Assembly: GCF_021378375.1 (NCBI RefSeq)
Contig: NZ_CP076228.1
Location: 270,001-302,000, forward strand
Source of the DNA: Wolbachia endosymbiont of Drosophila innubila
GTDB taxonomy: Bacteria > Pseudomonadota > Alphaproteobacteria > Rickettsiales > Anaplasmataceae
Direction of reading: 5' to 3'
DNA length: 32,000 bases
Shown here: positions 17,062 through 27,752 of the stretch, piece by piece
Numbering within the stretch: the stretch's first letter is position 1
Layout of the letters: every line of letters starts with the position of its first letter
The notes under the pieces: generated by a model
What the model saw: only the letters and a program-made list of their open reading frames with translations
Database searches by the model: none
What the model was told of the DNA's origin: nothing
Position numbers and translations under genes: made by a program

Positions 17062-18255
17062 ATGAAGAATATTTTATATTTTATATTATTAGCTGTCGTA
17101 TTCGGATCACCCATCCTGTTTGCCGTAGAGCAGCTTGAAGAAAAGAAAATTGAATCAGTTCATAAAAACGAAAATGTAGGTGTAAGGAAGCAAGATAGCA
17201 CAAATCAAAAAGATGAGTTAAAAAGCAACGTCGATGCTAAACAAACACAAGAGGCTGAGAGCAAAAGATTAGACGGCACTACCGATAAAGAGAAACTGCA
17301 ACACAACGAGAACAAAGCTTTCGTGGTTGAAAAAACTATAAGTGAAGGTGAAAGGATTGATAAAGATTTGCCAAATGACCAGCTAGAAGGAAGCACAGAC
17401 AAATTTGCTCAAAATTTACCAAATGTGGCCAATAAAGAAGTGAATAAAGATTTGAAACCAGAGCCTTTGCCTTTAAGTGCTGATTTAAATGAGAATACAG
17501 CTAACCCGCAAAAAAATCTACAAGCTGATCAGAAGATTGATATAAAAGATAATGAACTTTCAAAAAGTGATGCGAGTCAATTATTAGAGGGAAAAAAAGA
17601 AAAAGTAGAGAATCAGTCTGAAGAAAAAAAAGTGAAAGAAACAAACAGTAATTCCAAGGACCGCAATAGAGTAAAATCTATAACTAAAAAAGATGAAGAA
17701 GAGCAAAGTGAAAAGAAAAGTTTACAAAAATGGACAAAGCTAAACAGAGAACCAATAAAAGAATGGGGTCATAAAGACATACAAAGCAAGTCAATATATA
17801 AACGACAATATGATAGCCTTAATGAGCATCTTCCTACAACTGTGTTTATTGATGATTACAGTAAGCAATTTTTTTACTGCATTAAGAAGAACAACTTAAC
17901 TTGCTTAAGAGGAGTAATAAGTAAGCTAGAAAAAATTGGATTAACAATTCAAGAGATACTAAGGTTTAGAAATAAATTGGGTGATACTCCTCTCATTTAT
18001 TCAGTTAAACAAGGTGAGGTAGACATAGTGCGCTTTCTCTTATTACAAGGTGCTGATCTTAGAGTAGTTAACAATAATTTTCAATCCCCAATTGATATAG
18101 CAATCGAAAAAAAGCAGATCAATATAATAAATGCGATTGCCGAAATGATGCCACATCTTTTGGAGGATAGAAAAATAGACAATAAAGAAAGCTCAGCAAT
18201 GTACGATTGGGCTGTGAAAACGAAAGAAATACAGTGCGATAAGCAAGATGATTAG
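17062..18255 (+). CDS. Secreted ankyrin-repeat protein with a long charged low-complexity linker
   Basis: Signal-peptide-like MKNILYFILLAVVFGSPILFA; C-terminal ankyrin GDTPLIYSVKQGEVDIVRFLLLQGADLRVVNNNFQSPIDIAIEKKQ. Confidence 0.8.
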   Translation: MKNILYFILLAVVFGSPILFAVEQLEEKKIESVHKNENVGVRKQDSTNQKDELKSNVDAKQTQEAESKRLDGTTDKEKLQHNENKAFVVEKTISEGERIDKDLPNDQLEGSTDKFAQNLPNVANKEVNKDLKPEPLPLSADLNENTANPQKNLQADQKIDIKDNELSKSDASQLLEGKKEKVENQSEEKKVKETNSNSKDRNRVKSITKKDEEEQSEKKSLQKWTKLNREPIKEWGHKDIQSKSIYKRQYDSLNEHLPTTVFIDDYSKQFFYCIKKNNLTCLRGVISKLEKIGLTIQEILRFRNKLGDTPLIYSVKQGEVDIVRFLLLQGADLRVVNNNFQSPIDIAIEKKQINIINAIAEMMPHLLEDRKIDNKESSAMYDWAVKTKEIQCDKQDD

Positions 18256-20053
18256 ATTTTTGATATTAATTTTAGTTGGTCATTTATGTTATGGAAACGA
18301 AACAAATGATGAAAAAAATCAGATTAGTGATTTTTTAAACGCTTTGCGTGATGCAAAATACGCATCTTACAGTAAAAAAGACTTTGCTGAATTTTTGGTG
18401 CAGTGCCACAAAGAGGGCGTGCCAGAAGATTTTAAGAAAGGTTTTGGTTCTAACTTAAATGGAGCTAATTTTAACCAACTGTACCTAAGTAAATCTGTTT
18501 TTGATGGAGTAAGTCTGATTGGTGCTGATTTTTCTAACACCGATTTATCCGATGTGTCTTTCATTGATGTTGATTTACGTGGTGCTAATTTTTCCAATGC
18601 TAATTTACATGGCATTAAAATAAAAGGTACAAATTTGAGTTTTACAAAATTTGTTTCTGCAAACTTAACAGATATCGTATTTGATCAGTCTAATGTTAGT
18701 TATGCTGATTTTATCAGTTCCGATCTCAAAAAAGTAAGTATGCACAACGTAATTGGTTTGCATACTAATTTCTCGAATGTGAAAATGAATTTCTCCAACT
18801 TATCAAACTCGAATGTTAGCCACGTAAATTTTAGTGATAGTGAAATAAACGATACTGTTATGCAGAAAAACAACCTTGATAATGCAAGTTTCTTTGGAGT
18901 GGATGCATATAAATTAAAGATACAATTTTCTTCATTAAAAAATGCTAACATATATGGTGCAGAGTTAAAAGAATCAGACTTTACAGGTAGCAATCTTTCC
19001 GATGCTTGCCTTAATTCTTCTATCATAATTAACAGTAACTTCGACGAAACTGATTTAAGCAACACACAAATTTCCTATGTGAATGACGATAATTCAAGTT
19101 TTGTTCAATCTATACTAAATGGTTCCAAGATAAAACATGCATATGTTTCTGAAGCAAATCTTCATGATGCTGATTTATCCAATATTGATTTTAGTTTTAG
19201 TGAACTGCATCAAGTTAATGTCTCTAATGCTGACATTCGTCACGGAAAGTTTCATAATACTAAAGTTGCAAATTCTAACATGAATGGCTCATTTTTTGAC
19301 CATTCACTATTCACCTATGTGAAGATAGAAGATTCAGACCTTTCTACAACTTCAATGTATAAGATAAAAATCCAAGACTCTCAAGTTTATAACAGTACAC
19401 TTTCTCGCCATAATATTGATTCCAGTGAAATAGAAAATTCAACATTCTTTAATTTATTAGCTGATAATTCGAGTTGGTCCAATTTAAAAGTAACTAATTC
19501 AAATTTTATTGAAAGCGATTTCAGATCTTCTTTGCTTCACGCTAATGCCTTTAGGAAAACTAGTTTTTTTCTTAGCAATTTGAGTAATTCAACAATTAGT
19601 GATATGTCTTTTCACTCTTCAAGCATATATAAAAGTTCAGTTGCTGATGTTCATTTAACAGATTGCAAGTTTGATAATTCGATTTTGATTGACAATCAAG
19701 GACAGAAAAAACTTGCAGGGTTAGAAAATGCTATAACTTCAATTGGAGATTTGCAAGAGAAAATATCACAGGGTGAAAAATTTAATGTAAATTATTCTTA
19801 CTTTGAATTTAAGAATATGAATTTAGAAAATGCCGATTTTTCTAATTCAACATTGAGTAGAGCAAAGTTTGTAAACGTTAATTTGAATAAGGCAAATTTT
19901 GAAAAAACCGATTTGCGCTATACTGTCTTTGATAACTCTTCTCTCATTGGCACCAACTTATCAAATTCTAATTTAGAAGGTTCTAGCTTTTTAAACTCTG
20001 ATCCAAAAAGCACCATGTTAAAAAATGCAAAGAAAAATGACCGTAAAAAGTGA
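18248..20053 (+). CDS. Secreted pentapeptide-repeat protein (~600 aa)
   Basis: Signal-peptide-like MIRFLILILVGHLCYG; many A(D/N)(F/L)xx repeats such as GANFNQLYLSKSVFDGVSLIGADFSNTDLSDVSF and NLENADFSNSTLSRAKFVNVNLNKANFEKTDLRY. Confidence 0.88.
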   Translation: MIRFLILILVGHLCYGNETNDEKNQISDFLNALRDAKYASYSKKDFAEFLVQCHKEGVPEDFKKGFGSNLNGANFNQLYLSKSVFDGVSLIGADFSNTDLSDVSFIDVDLRGANFSNANLHGIKIKGTNLSFTKFVSANLTDIVFDQSNVSYADFISSDLKKVSMHNVIGLHTNFSNVKMNFSNLSNSNVSHVNFSDSEINDTVMQKNNLDNASFFGVDAYKLKIQFSSLKNANIYGAELKESDFTGSNLSDACLNSSIIINSNFDETDLSNTQISYVNDDNSSFVQSILNGSKIKHAYVSEANLHDADLSNIDFSFSELHQVNVSNADIRHGKFHNTKVANSNMNGSFFDHSLFTYVKIEDSDLSTTSMYKIKIQDSQVYNSTLSRHNIDSSEIENSTFFNLLADNSSWSNLKVTNSNFIESDFRSSLLHANAFRKTSFFLSNLSNSTISDMSFHSSSIYKSSVADVHLTDCKFDNSILIDNQGQKKLAGLENAITSIGDLQEKISQGEKFNVNYSYFEFKNMNLENADFSNSTLSRAKFVNVNLNKANFEKTDLRYTVFDNSSLIGTNLSNSNLEGSSFLNSDPKSTMLKNAKKNDRKK

Positions 20054-20642
20054 GGGCGTATTATTGGTTCTATCCTCCCCTTCTGGAGCTGGAAAAACTA
20101 CTATATCAGCAAAATTACTTGAGCAATCAACTAATTTAGTTAGGTCTGTTTCTATGACTACACGCAAGCCTCGCCCCGGCGAAATAAATGGAAAAGACTA
20201 TTTTTTCGTTACCGAAGAAAAATTTCACGAGCTATGCAAAGCTGGCCAAATGCTTGAATACGCCAAAGTTTTTGAGAATTTTTATGGTATACCAAGAGAT
20301 TTTATAGAGCAAAACCTGAGCAGTGGAATAAGCGTTTTACTCAGCATAGACTGGCAAGGAGCATTTCACTTATTCAAGCTCATGAGAAAAAAAGTTGTGA
20401 GTGTTTTTATACTTCCCCCTTCAATGGAAGAGCTTAGGTTGCGTTTGCAAAAGCGTAATAGTGATGATGCAAGCGAAATAGAGCGCAGATTAGCCGAAGC
20501 TCAAAAAGAGATAAGCAAACGTGATAAATATGATTATGTAATAATCAATGATGATATTGATAAAAGTGTAGAAGAGATAAGCTCCATACTAAATAAAGAA
20601 AGACTTAAAAAACTAAAAGAAAAACCAAGTCTGGAAGACTGA
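20037..20642 (+). CDS. gmk: Guanylate kinase
   Basis: LSSPSGAGKTTIS, SMTTRKPRPGEINGKDYFFV, RLRLQKRNSDDASEIERRL, YDYVIINDDID. Confidence 0.95.
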   Translation: MTVKSEGVLLVLSSPSGAGKTTISAKLLEQSTNLVRSVSMTTRKPRPGEINGKDYFFVTEEKFHELCKAGQMLEYAKVFENFYGIPRDFIEQNLSSGISVLLSIDWQGAFHLFKLMRKKVVSVFILPPSMEELRLRLQKRNSDDASEIERRLAEAQKEISKRDKYDYVIINDDIDKSVEEISSILNKERLKKLKEKPSLED

Positions 20643-20936
20643 TAAAAACATCAATTTGGATATTTGCAGCTATAGTTTCTTATCCTATTTTAGCCAATAG
20701 CACATTTCACAGTTTAGCTATATTTATTATTTTTTAAGATTAAATGGTTAAAATAGTAGCAACTGTTCAAGTGAGGTTTAACTATGACGGCAAAATTTCT
20801 CACAGAAATTAATTTTCTGCCTTTTCACCTATATTTTGATCACATATACAACGTTTAGCTCAATTTAAAAGTCAAACTTCTTGGTTGTTAGTTTAGTGCT
20901 GACAACTTAAATAGCTTTTAATATTGAGGTTTTAGT

Positions 20937-22835
20937 ATGGGTATAGATATAACTGCACTAACTACTAATGCAGATAAATTAGGTGAATGCATAGATAAAA
21001 ATAAAAAGCAAGAGCAGGATAGAAAAGACGAGCAATTGTATGGCATTATAGAGAGAAAGGTAAAAAAAGAAGAACACAAGCGTGAAAAACCAAGAGGTCA
21101 AGATGGAACCCTCAAGAAGTGTAAAAGGTTATTTGAAAAAGATGCTAGTCCTGAAGTATTAACTAAATTAGAAGAATCACTTAGAGAACAAGAAAAATAT
21201 TATAGGTATTATGTCCAATGCTTCCTTCCAGTGCTAGATAAAGCAATAGAACGATCGAAAAAAATATCAAATGAAACAAAAGAGCGAGTAAAGCAAGCAA
21301 TTTCAGAAATTACTTATAATAGCAAATATTGTAACCAAAATGATCGTAGGGACAGTGGAATTGAAAGTGACTACAGTAGCGATGCTGGTGATGATTATGA
21401 GAAACATTCAATCAGTAATCCTAATACAGCAAATGAAGATCAAGAAGTAGAGAAAAGCAACGAAATAACAAATAGCAATGCTCTATTACTAAAAGCGATC
21501 AAAAATGGAAATAACAGGAAATTTGAAAAATATCTAAAAGATTGTACGGATATTAGCAGCATAAAAAATGAAAAAGGAAACAATATTTTACACCTTATCG
21601 TATCGTTGGAAAAGAAACAGAAACGCAAGTTTCTAGGTATTCTAATAAAAACGGTCACCAAGAAAGATCTAGCACAACTCATTAATAGTGAAAATCAAAC
21701 CCCTCTTCAGGTGGCACTAATTAACAAGATAACAAAAGAAAAACATGAGTCTCACACAATCCAAGATAACGATAACATACTTAAGTTTCTTACAAAATTG
21801 TTAGAGCATGGAGCCAGCCATGATCAGTTAGAATTACCTGAGGAAAGCTTAAAAAAATTGTCTAAGGGGCAAAATGAATACTATTGTAAATTTTTAAAGA
21901 AATTAGCTAAAAAGGCTGAGCTAAAGCAGGAAATAAAAATCAAGACAGAAGCAAAAGTTAAAGAAATTGTGGCACATACTGTAAACACTCCAAATAGTAA
22001 TAGTGATTATCCGTTACATTTAGCAATTAAAAATAATGATAAAGAACTTTTTAAAGAACTATTGCAAGAGGGGGCGAACATTAGCCTTGAAGGTGCAAAT
22101 AAAAATAATGCCTTACACCACATTGCTTTACTTAAAGGAGAATATAAAATCAAATATTTGAAGTTAATATTAGATTTTGAAAAAAAAGGAGTAATATCTT
22201 CAGAAAAATTGCATAAGGCTATAAACGCTCAAAATAAAGATGATAAATATCCAGCGCAAGTTGCTTTAATTAGACAAACAGAGAAGATACCTAGTAAGTT
22301 AAAAGACTTTTCTAGGTGGGTTAGATCAAGGCCCACAAAACATTATTATACTGCTGAATTTTGTGCAGAATTGTTACAAAATGGTGCTGAGAATAAAAGT
22401 GACCATATAACAATACCTAAAGAGCATCGTAAGCAAAAATATTATCAGACTACAAAAAGAATCAAAGATATAACAGGTGTTAGCCCTGACCCAGAAACAC
22501 AAGAAGAACTTGAAGAGCATTTTTCTAAGAAGAATGCTCGTAAGAATATAAGTCTTCCAGTAAAATGGATACTCGGAGGTTTAATTTTTGCAACAGTATT
22601 TAGTGCTTTAGCAGGAAACATGATAGCTGCAGCCGCTTTATCGGTGACCATAGCGGTTTGTGCAATGTGTTACCCTATTTACTTAAAGTTAGAAAATGCT
22701 CTTAATGCTAGAGCATCAGATCAATCAGAGCATACAGAAAACCCAGCTACTAAAATGAGCGATGTATCAATACTACGTCAATTCATGAATAAGCTAGATG
22801 GGCTGACTAATAAACCCTCTTCTCTGGCGCTATGA
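20937..22835 (+). CDS. Ankyrin-repeat protein with C-terminal transmembrane hairpin
   Basis: [72 protein letters not shown]; hydrophobic [40 protein letters not shown]. Confidence 0.82.
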   Translation: MGIDITALTTNADKLGECIDKNKKQEQDRKDEQLYGIIERKVKKEEHKREKPRGQDGTLKKCKRLFEKDASPEVLTKLEESLREQEKYYRYYVQCFLPVLDKAIERSKKISNETKERVKQAISEITYNSKYCNQNDRRDSGIESDYSSDAGDDYEKHSISNPNTANEDQEVEKSNEITNSNALLLKAIKNGNNRKFEKYLKDCTDISSIKNEKGNNILHLIVSLEKKQKRKFLGILIKTVTKKDLAQLINSENQTPLQVALINKITKEKHESHTIQDNDNILKFLTKLLEHGASHDQLELPEESLKKLSKGQNEYYCKFLKKLAKKAELKQEIKIKTEAKVKEIVAHTVNTPNSNSDYPLHLAIKNNDKELFKELLQEGANISLEGANKNNALHHIALLKGEYKIKYLKLILDFEKKGVISSEKLHKAINAQNKDDKYPAQVALIRQTEKIPSKLKDFSRWVRSRPTKHYYTAEFCAELLQNGAENKSDHITIPKEHRKQKYYQTTKRIKDITGVSPDPETQEELEEHFSKKNARKNISLPVKWILGGLIFATVFSALAGNMIAAAALSVTIAVCAMCYPIYLKLENALNARASDQSEHTENPATKMSDVSILRQFMNKLDGLTNKPSSLAL

Positions 22836-24606
22836 AATCAATCTCACCGCTCAGAGTTTTTTCAGCCACTTTTTTATAATCAATTTTTACGTTAATTTGC
22901 CCTTTCTTTTCTTCAAGCCACGCTATAGTGTGCTTCATCCAGTTTTTGTCATCACGTTCAGGAAAGTCTTCACGAGCATGTGCACCTCTGCTTTCCTCGC
23001 GATTAGCTGCGCATTCCATGGTAATAACCGCTTGTGGGATCATGTTAGCAAGCTCCAGCGCTTCAACTAAATCACTGTTCCACATCATACTGCGATCCTC
23101 AAGTGAAATATCAGGCATCATTTTTGCTACCTTTTTTATAGCTTTTTTGCCTTCTTCTAAAACTTCAGCAACACGGAAAACTGATGCGTATTTTTGCATA
23201 GTGTTCTGCATTTCACCGCGTATTTTTGCTACTTTTAGCCCACCGGAAGCAAATCGCATTTTATTAAATCTATCTACTATCCAGTCTGTGCAGTCTGAAT
23301 GCAATTTTTTATGTGGTGTACCGGACTTTAGCTTCTCTTTTGCTCTGAGCGCTGCAGCTCTACCAAAAACCACAAGATCAAGAAGCGAGTTAGAGCCAAG
23401 TCGATTTGCACCGTGCACAGAGACACACGCAGCTTCTCCAATTGCAAATAGTCCATCTACTACCTCTTCCTTACCTTGCTTCAGCGTGATCACTTCTCCA
23501 TAATAATTGGTTGGAATGCCACCCATGTTATAGTGAACAGTCGGAATGACCGGTATTGGATCTTTAGTGACATCAACTCCAGCAAAAGTTCTTGCGGTTT
23601 CGCTGATGCCCGGCAATCTGAGTTTTATTACTTCCGGATCAAGATGCGCTATAGTTAAATACATATGATCTTTTTTTGGTCCAACCCCCCTTCCCTCTCT
23701 AATTTCAATTGTTATTGCGCGACTTACCACATCACGGGAAGCTAAATCTTTTGCTTTTGGTGCGTAACGTTCCATAAACTTCTCGCCCTGAGAATTAACG
23801 AGGTACCCCCCTTCACCACGGCATCCTTCTGTCATCAAGCACCCTGAGCCATATATTCCTGTTGGATGAAATTGTACAAATTCCATATCTTCAAGTGGTA
23901 ATCCAGCCCTTACTACCATGCCATTACCATCACCTGTGCAGGTATGCGCACTTGTTGCAGAGAAATAAACACGTCCATATCCACCTGTTGCTAGCACCAC
24001 TCTATGCGCACGAAATCTATGTAATGTGCCGTCGCATAGCGACCAAGCAAGAACTCCGCAGCATGTTTCGCTATCCATAATTAAATCAATCACAAAGTAT
24101 TCAACAAAAAATTCAGCGTTGAATTTAAGACACTGCTGATATAGAGTGTGAAGGATTGCGTGCCCAGTCTTATCTGCTGCCGCACAAGTGCGCTGCGCTG
24201 ATTTTCCTTTACCAAAGTGAGTTGTCATTCCACCAAAGGAACGCTGGTATATTTTGCCATCTTCTGTACGAGAAAAAGGTACGCCAAAATTTTCAAGTTC
24301 AATAACAGCTTTAGCAGCGTTTTTACACATATATTCTATTGCATCTTGATCACCAAGCCAGTCTGAACCTTTTATTGTGTCATATGCATGCCAGCGCCAA
24401 TCGTCTTCACCGATATTACCTAAAGCTGCACTAATTCCGCCTTGTGCTGCAACTGTATGACTTCGTGTAGGGAAAATTTTAGAAATGCAGGCAACTGAAA
24501 AATTAGTTGCAGCCATCCCAAGCGTTGCTCTGAGCCCTGCTCCACCTGCACCTACTACTACCACGTCATACTCATGTTCTATGATCTCATACGCTGACTT
24601 ATCCAT
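22807..24606 (-). CDS. sdhA: Succinate dehydrogenase flavoprotein subunit
   Basis: [76 protein letters not shown]. Confidence 0.97.
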   Translation of the reverse strand: MDKSAYEIIEHEYDVVVVGAGGAGLRATLGMAATNFSVACISKIFPTRSHTVAAQGGISAALGNIGEDDWRWHAYDTIKGSDWLGDQDAIEYMCKNAAKAVIELENFGVPFSRTEDGKIYQRSFGGMTTHFGKGKSAQRTCAAADKTGHAILHTLYQQCLKFNAEFFVEYFVIDLIMDSETCCGVLAWSLCDGTLHRFRAHRVVLATGGYGRVYFSATSAHTCTGDGNGMVVRAGLPLEDMEFVQFHPTGIYGSGCLMTEGCRGEGGYLVNSQGEKFMERYAPKAKDLASRDVVSRAITIEIREGRGVGPKKDHMYLTIAHLDPEVIKLRLPGISETARTFAGVDVTKDPIPVIPTVHYNMGGIPTNYYGEVITLKQGKEEVVDGLFAIGEAACVSVHGANRLGSNSLLDLVVFGRAAALRAKEKLKSGTPHKKLHSDCTDWIVDRFNKMRFASGGLKVAKIRGEMQNTMQKYASVFRVAEVLEEGKKAIKKVAKMMPDISLEDRSMMWNSDLVEALELANMIPQAVITMECAANREESRGAHAREDFPERDDKNWMKHTIAWLEEKKGQINVKIDYKKVAEKTLSGEIDFIAPEKRVY

Positions 24607-24684
24607 ATTTACTTATTTTATCATTACAGGCTTATGATATCACAGAAGTAGAAAAAATCTATACAAGTTTTCTATAGTTAAGAC

Positions 24685-24863
24685 GTCATGCCGCCGCGGC
24701 GCTAACAAGTAGCGGGATGACAGCAATCCTACGTCATACCGCCGCAGTATCTCAGCCACTAACACGTAGCGGGATGACGAGCTTATTGTCATGCCGCCAC
24801 GAACCGTCATACCGCGATTCATTCGCGGTATCTCTAGATCCCGCTAACAAGCAGCGGGATGAC
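24685..24863. repeat. Cluster of family 2 palindromic repeats (three or more units)
   Basis: GTCATGCCGCC..GCTAACAAGTAGCGGGATGAC; GTCATACCGCCGCAGTATCTC..CACTAACACGTAGCGGGATGAC; GTCATACCGCGATTCATTCGCGGTATCTCTAGATCCCGCTAACAAGCAGCGGGATGAC. Confidence 0.85.
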
Positions 24864-24873
24864 GATTGTCGTT

Positions 24874-25334
24874 TAGCTATAAACATTAAGAAATTTACCA
24901 AATGAAAAAAAAGGCAAAAGAAGCCCTGGGGTTATTATCTGCTTTAAAATATTGGCGTTTTTTATGTTTTAAACGCTTGACAAGCAAGATTAAGCTGCTT
25001 TTAATTGCAACTAACTTACGCTGCAAATGTTTAAGAAGTTTACTAAGCAGAAAAAAAGACAAAGAATCCCCGAGTTAGCTAGTCTTTTACTATCTCTGTC
25101 GAGTATTGGCATTTTTTGATGTCTTGTAACGCTTTATAAGCGCGTTCAGCTTATTTAGATAAAAATCTAGATGTAGATGAAGTTTTGTAAAGACATACAG
25201 TATCTATATACTGCAAAAAATTGAACATGAGACGCCGATACATTAAGTAATCCTTACCTTTTAATCTGCAGATTGGCGAAAGCAAATACAATAGCTTCAA
25301 TTTTATGATAAGGGGGCTGGCGGAGTTTGTCAAG
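24874..25334 (-). repeat. ~460-bp repeat copy B (inverted relative to 9831-10290)
   Basis: Direct comparison with copy A. Confidence 0.9.
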
Positions 25335-25351
25335 AAATTTTCTTATTTCAT

Positions 25352-26773
25352 TTAAATTGCTTGTAACCTTCTTATACACTCATCTTTACCAAGAATCACC
25401 ATGATATCAATGATTCCAGGTGCATCCATTACTCCAGTTATAGGGGCGCGTAATGAGTGGTATACATCGCTTATTTTCATATCGTGCAATTTTGCACATT
25501 CCTTGATCTGAGAAGATAAAAAACCCTTATTCCAATTTTCATCACCGATCTTTGACAGAAATGACGCAAGTAACTTGATTATATCGAGGTTAGATTTGAC
25601 AATTTGCTCAGCCTCTTCACTTAAATCAAGTGGCGGATCTTGAATATAAAATTTTGCTAAATCCAATAATTCGGTCAGGTAGTTTGCTCTTTTTTTTAGC
25701 TCTGTCAGTCCCTGCAGTAAATAGCCCTTTTTTTTATCAGTTAGAGTATTTTCTCTAAGCATTAGAGTCAGAATATCTTCATTGCTCATATTACTAATAT
25801 AGTGGTTATTCAAATGCTCCAGTTTTTTGAAATCGAGCCGTGCAGATGAACGACCAATACTTTCTAAATTAAACCACTCTATTGCTTGCTCATCGCTAAT
25901 AATCTCATCGTTGCCGTGACTCCAGCTAAGTCTCAGCAAGTAATTACGCATCGCTTTTGGCAATATTCCCATCTTTTCATAATCGCAAACGCTTGTGGCA
26001 CCATGCCTTTTGGATAGCTTATTCCCATCTTCCCCATGGATAAGCGGCACATGTGCAAAGCGTGGAATGTCAAAATCAAGAGCCTGGTATATTAGCAGAT
26101 GTTTAAAGGTATTAGTGAGATGGTCAGAACCACGTATTATATCAGTTATTCCAGCATCATGATCGTCAACTACCACAGCAAAAATATATGTTGGAGTGTT
26201 ATCAGAGCGTAAGATCACTATATCATCAAGCTGGTCGCTATTTACTTTGATTTGGCCGTATATTTTGTCATCAATGACGATCTCTTGCGAATCTGGCACT
26301 TTAAAGCGGACAACTGACCTCACACCCGATGTCATTCCAGCGCGTGACCACATATTTTTCCAGTGTCGGCTACTTGGATGACAAGAAGGAGGTTTTGTAG
26401 TACATTTATGCTTGTATATCTTGCCCTCTTCTCTTGCTTTTGCCTTCTTTTCTGCAACTTCATCTTCAGGGCAGTAACAGTGATACGCCCTACCCTTTTC
26501 AACTAAAAGGTTTGCTACTTCTTTATGCCGCTCTATTCTTTTTGACTGATATACTATTTCCCCATCATAGCTCATACCGAGCCATCTTAGCCCTTCTATA
26601 ATTGCATCAATTGCTTCTTGTGTTGAACGTTTTCTGTCGGTGTCCTCAATTCTTAGCAAAAACCTGCCACCATGATGCTTTGCATAGAGCCAATTAAATA
26701 ACGCAGTACGAGCTCCTCCAATGTGCAAAAATCCTGTTGGTGATGGAGCAAATCTCGTGACTATACCTGGCAT
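25352..26773 (-). CDS. gltX: Glutamyl-tRNA synthetase with an in-frame palindromic-element insertion
   Basis: RFAPSPTGFLHIGGARTALFNWLYAKHHGG, HVPLIHGEDGNKLSKRHGATSV. Confidence 0.95.
   Translation of the reverse strand: MPGIVTRFAPSPTGFLHIGGARTALFNWLYAKHHGGRFLLRIEDTDRKRSTQEAIDAIIEGLRWLGMSYDGEIVYQSKRIERHKEVANLLVEKGRAYHCYCPEDEVAEKKAKAREEGKIYKHKCTTKPPSCHPSSRHWKNMWSRAGMTSGVRSVVRFKVPDSQEIVIDDKIYGQIKVNSDQLDDIVILRSDNTPTYIFAVVVDDHDAGITDIIRGSDHLTNTFKHLLIYQALDFDIPRFAHVPLIHGEDGNKLSKRHGATSVCDYEKMGILPKAMRNYLLRLSWSHGNDEIISDEQAIEWFNLESIGRSSARLDFKKLEHLNNHYISNMSNEDILTLMLRENTLTDKKKGYLLQGLTELKKRANYLTELLDLAKFYIQDPPLDLSEEAEQIVKSNLDIIKLLASFLSKIGDENWNKGFLSSQIKECAKLHDMKISDVYHSLRAPITGVMDAPGIIDIMVILGKDECIRRLQAI
26324..26398. 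repeat. Palindromic-element-like insertion inside gltX (~25 codons)
   Basis: TKPPSCHPSSRHWKNMWSRAGMTSG between EEGKIYKHKCT and VVRFKVPD; DNA GATGTCATTCCAGCGCGTGAC...CCAGTGTCGGCTACTTGGATGACAAG. Edges approximate. Confidence 0.7.
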
Positions 26774-26922
26774 ATTTGTCTGTTACAGTAATGTAAATGA
26801 TGATAGCTAAAATTTATGTTTGTAACAATTTAGAATTTATTTGTTCTGAGAGATAAAATTTACTTATTTTTCATAAATTGTGTTGTATAATTTAGTATTG
26901 GTTGAATATAGCGAGGTGAGTT

Positions 26923-27633
26923 ATGGATGGACTTGTAGATATAGCAAAATTGCTTTCAGATAATGAAGCTAATATCAATTGGCGTTACACCGGCCCTTTT
27001 GATAAAACAAAACAAAGAGTACAGGCAGGTAATCTCCTGCATTTAGCTGCAAGAATACAAAACAAAGGTAAATTTGTAGACATTTGTAAGAAGAACATTG
27101 CTTCTGTAACTGCGCATAATGAATATGGAAATAATCCATTTCATGAAGCAGCAAGAAGTGGAATTTTGCTGCCTGCAGTACAAGAGATTGTGAATGACTT
27201 AGAGAAGGAAGCTAATAACAAAATTACGAAAGCAGAAGAAGCTGGAGATCGGAAAGAAGTAAGCAGATTGAAAGAGGAACTCAAATGTAATAAAAAATAT
27301 ATTAAAGATGCGCTCTGCAGTAAAGGCTATGCTTTTAATAAGAAGAGGGAAACTCCTCTTTATTACTTAAATGCTGCACAACAGAAAGAAATTAAGCAAA
27401 TCGCAGGCATAAAAGACAGCTTTATATGTAACCAGAAGTTTCACCTGTGCTTATATATAATAGGAGCGATAGCATGTATCGCTGCTTTATGTTTGTCTTT
27501 ATACTTTTTATTTTTAGTTTCTCAATCTTTTGCACTAAGCTCGATGGTTGCAATAGCTTCTGGCGGAGTCACATACCTGTCAGTTAAAGCATGTAGCGAG
27601 ATACATGCCTTGCATAACGAAAGCACTTTTTAG
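26923..27633 (+). CDS. Small ankyrin-repeat-like protein with C-terminal transmembrane hairpin
   Basis: AGNLLHLAARIQNKGKFVDICKKN, NEYGNNPFHEAARSG; hydrophobic LCLYIIGAIACIAALCLSLYFLFLV. Confidence 0.75.
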   Translation: MDGLVDIAKLLSDNEANINWRYTGPFDKTKQRVQAGNLLHLAARIQNKGKFVDICKKNIASVTAHNEYGNNPFHEAARSGILLPAVQEIVNDLEKEANNKITKAEEAGDRKEVSRLKEELKCNKKYIKDALCSKGYAFNKKRETPLYYLNAAQQKEIKQIAGIKDSFICNQKFHLCLYIIGAIACIAALCLSLYFLFLVSQSFALSSMVAIASGGVTYLSVKACSEIHALHNESTF

Positions 27634-27752
27634 TGGAAAATGCTAATGTACAACTTGCAGGAGAAAGTTTAGGTGTTTGATGAAGCTAGAAATTACTTGC
27701 AGGCAATGATATAGAAATTTACTTTCTTAACTTCAGAAAGTATACTCATACG

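Noticed and set aside
23476-24080. Plus-strand ORFs inside sdhA
   Set aside because: sdhA is strongly conserved over the whole stretch; antisense ORFs have no recognisable motifs.
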